From Octopus sinensis (lineage: Eukaryota), in the NCBI RefSeq assembly GCF_006345805.1, contig NC_043004.1, forward strand, positions 99,138,001-99,202,000: 64,000 nt of DNA. Direction: 5' to 3'. The first letter of the stretch is position 1; every line of letters begins with the position of its first letter. A model generated the notes under the pieces. The model was not told the DNA's origin, searched no databases, and saw only the letters and a program-made list of their open reading frames with translations. Both the position numbers and the translations under genes were made by a program. This document shows, piece after piece, positions 62,937 through 64,000 of the stretch.

Positions 62937-63519
62937 CATATTAATTAATAACATACGCAAATATATAAATAAAAATGGAAACTAATAAAGTATAAGAGAG
63001 TTTACTTTTCTATAACAGGCAACATTACTAGGCATGAGAAATTAGCTATTCTTACAAGCATCTAAGGTGACCGGTAGTATTGTAGGATAAGGAATTCTAC
63101 CTCAACACATAAAGCATTGACTACAGAGCATTTGAACTCATGACGTGCGAGCAAGTATTACTATACCTATCTTTCTCATATAATGCCATCATGTCTCTAT
63201 ATGCTATCTAAGGATCAATAAATGTTTTTGAATAACAAAAAATATAATAAAATGAATATCTTCTTGATGATGGATTTGAACTCTTCTTTCACGGTTGTGC
63301 AACTAAGACAAACTAACAGTTTCCGTATAATCAGAGTGTATTGATCAAAGATGAAAGATTGTCAAGTATTTCATATGCTTCGCTGAAGTCAAACACGCCA
63401 ATATATTTTATTTGCTGTAGAAATATCAAAGAAAAGACATTCTCTGTTATCCTACCGATACATGGATGATATTCTGACTTTTGTTTTTTGTTGTTATTCT
63501 GATTGTTGTCTTGGTGGTG

Positions 63520-63769
63520 GTAGTAGTGGTGGTGTTGAATTTGTTGTATCTGGTGGTGTGGTTGCAGTAGACGCTTTCGCTGTAGTAGAAGAAATCGTTG
63601 TTTTTGTTGTTGTTGTTGTTGTTGCTATTGTTGTTATTGTTAATGCAGATTTTGTTTTTGTTTTTTGGAAGTTGTGATTGCTATAGCAGATATTGTTGTT
63701 GTAGATGTTGTTATGTTGGTACTATTCTTATTTTCTTACTTTCGTAGCAGCAGCAGCAGCAGTAGTAGC

Positions 63770-63816
<47 letters not shown>

Positions 63817-63890
63817 CAGTAATAAGTGGTGGTGGAGTAGGAGGAGTAGTAGGTGGAGAAGGAGTAGCAGCAACAGCAAATGTTGCTAAT
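63520..63890. repeat. (GTT)n/(GTA)n/(AGC)n low-complexity tract
   Basis: Direct read. Confidence 0.88.
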
Positions 63891-64000
63891 GCCCTTATAT
63901 TTATAATTCTGTTGTTTCTGTTATTGTTAATAATCGTATTGTTGTGTTTATCATGGAATTTTCTTCCGCGGAGTGAGGTAAGGGCGAAGGAATTTTGGCG

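Overview
Eukaryotic, AT-rich, repeat-dense DNA, probably intronic or intergenic. From memory, the SINE families and microsatellite load resemble an Octopus (coleoid cephalopod) genome; this species call is inference and was not searched. There is no intact long host CDS, and almost every entry in the ORF track is a by-product of microsatellites or SINEs. Recognisable content: (i) about 35 copies or fragments of four tRNA-headed SINE families, here labelled A-D, four of them with readable target-site duplications; (ii) a decayed Ginger2/KRBA2-SCAND3-like DDE integrase-type transposase (1592-3620), split by a SINE and cut off by a (TTC)n array; (iii) a full-length but frameshifted 1281-bp DD34D mariner (30281-31561) with TIRs and TA duplication, plus two mariner fragments and two mariner MITEs; (iv) the 3' REL-endonuclease end of an R4/Dong-type LINE; (v) a Helitron-type 3' terminus; (vi) a ~540-bp unit amplified about 3.1 times with an inverted 181-bp arm; (vii) a 98-bp-arm foldback element and a 76-bp inverted repeat pair 1.4 kb apart; (viii) a tRNA-Ala(AGC) pseudogene; (ix) a 100-N scaffold gap. 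The most interesting signal is a set of short Penelope-type terminal-repeat relics, mostly beside (TA)n tracts, that fold into minimal type I hammerhead-ribozyme motifs. One family shares a non-canonical CUGUA core across three copies. A few short splice-site-bounded candidate exons on + are reported at low confidence.
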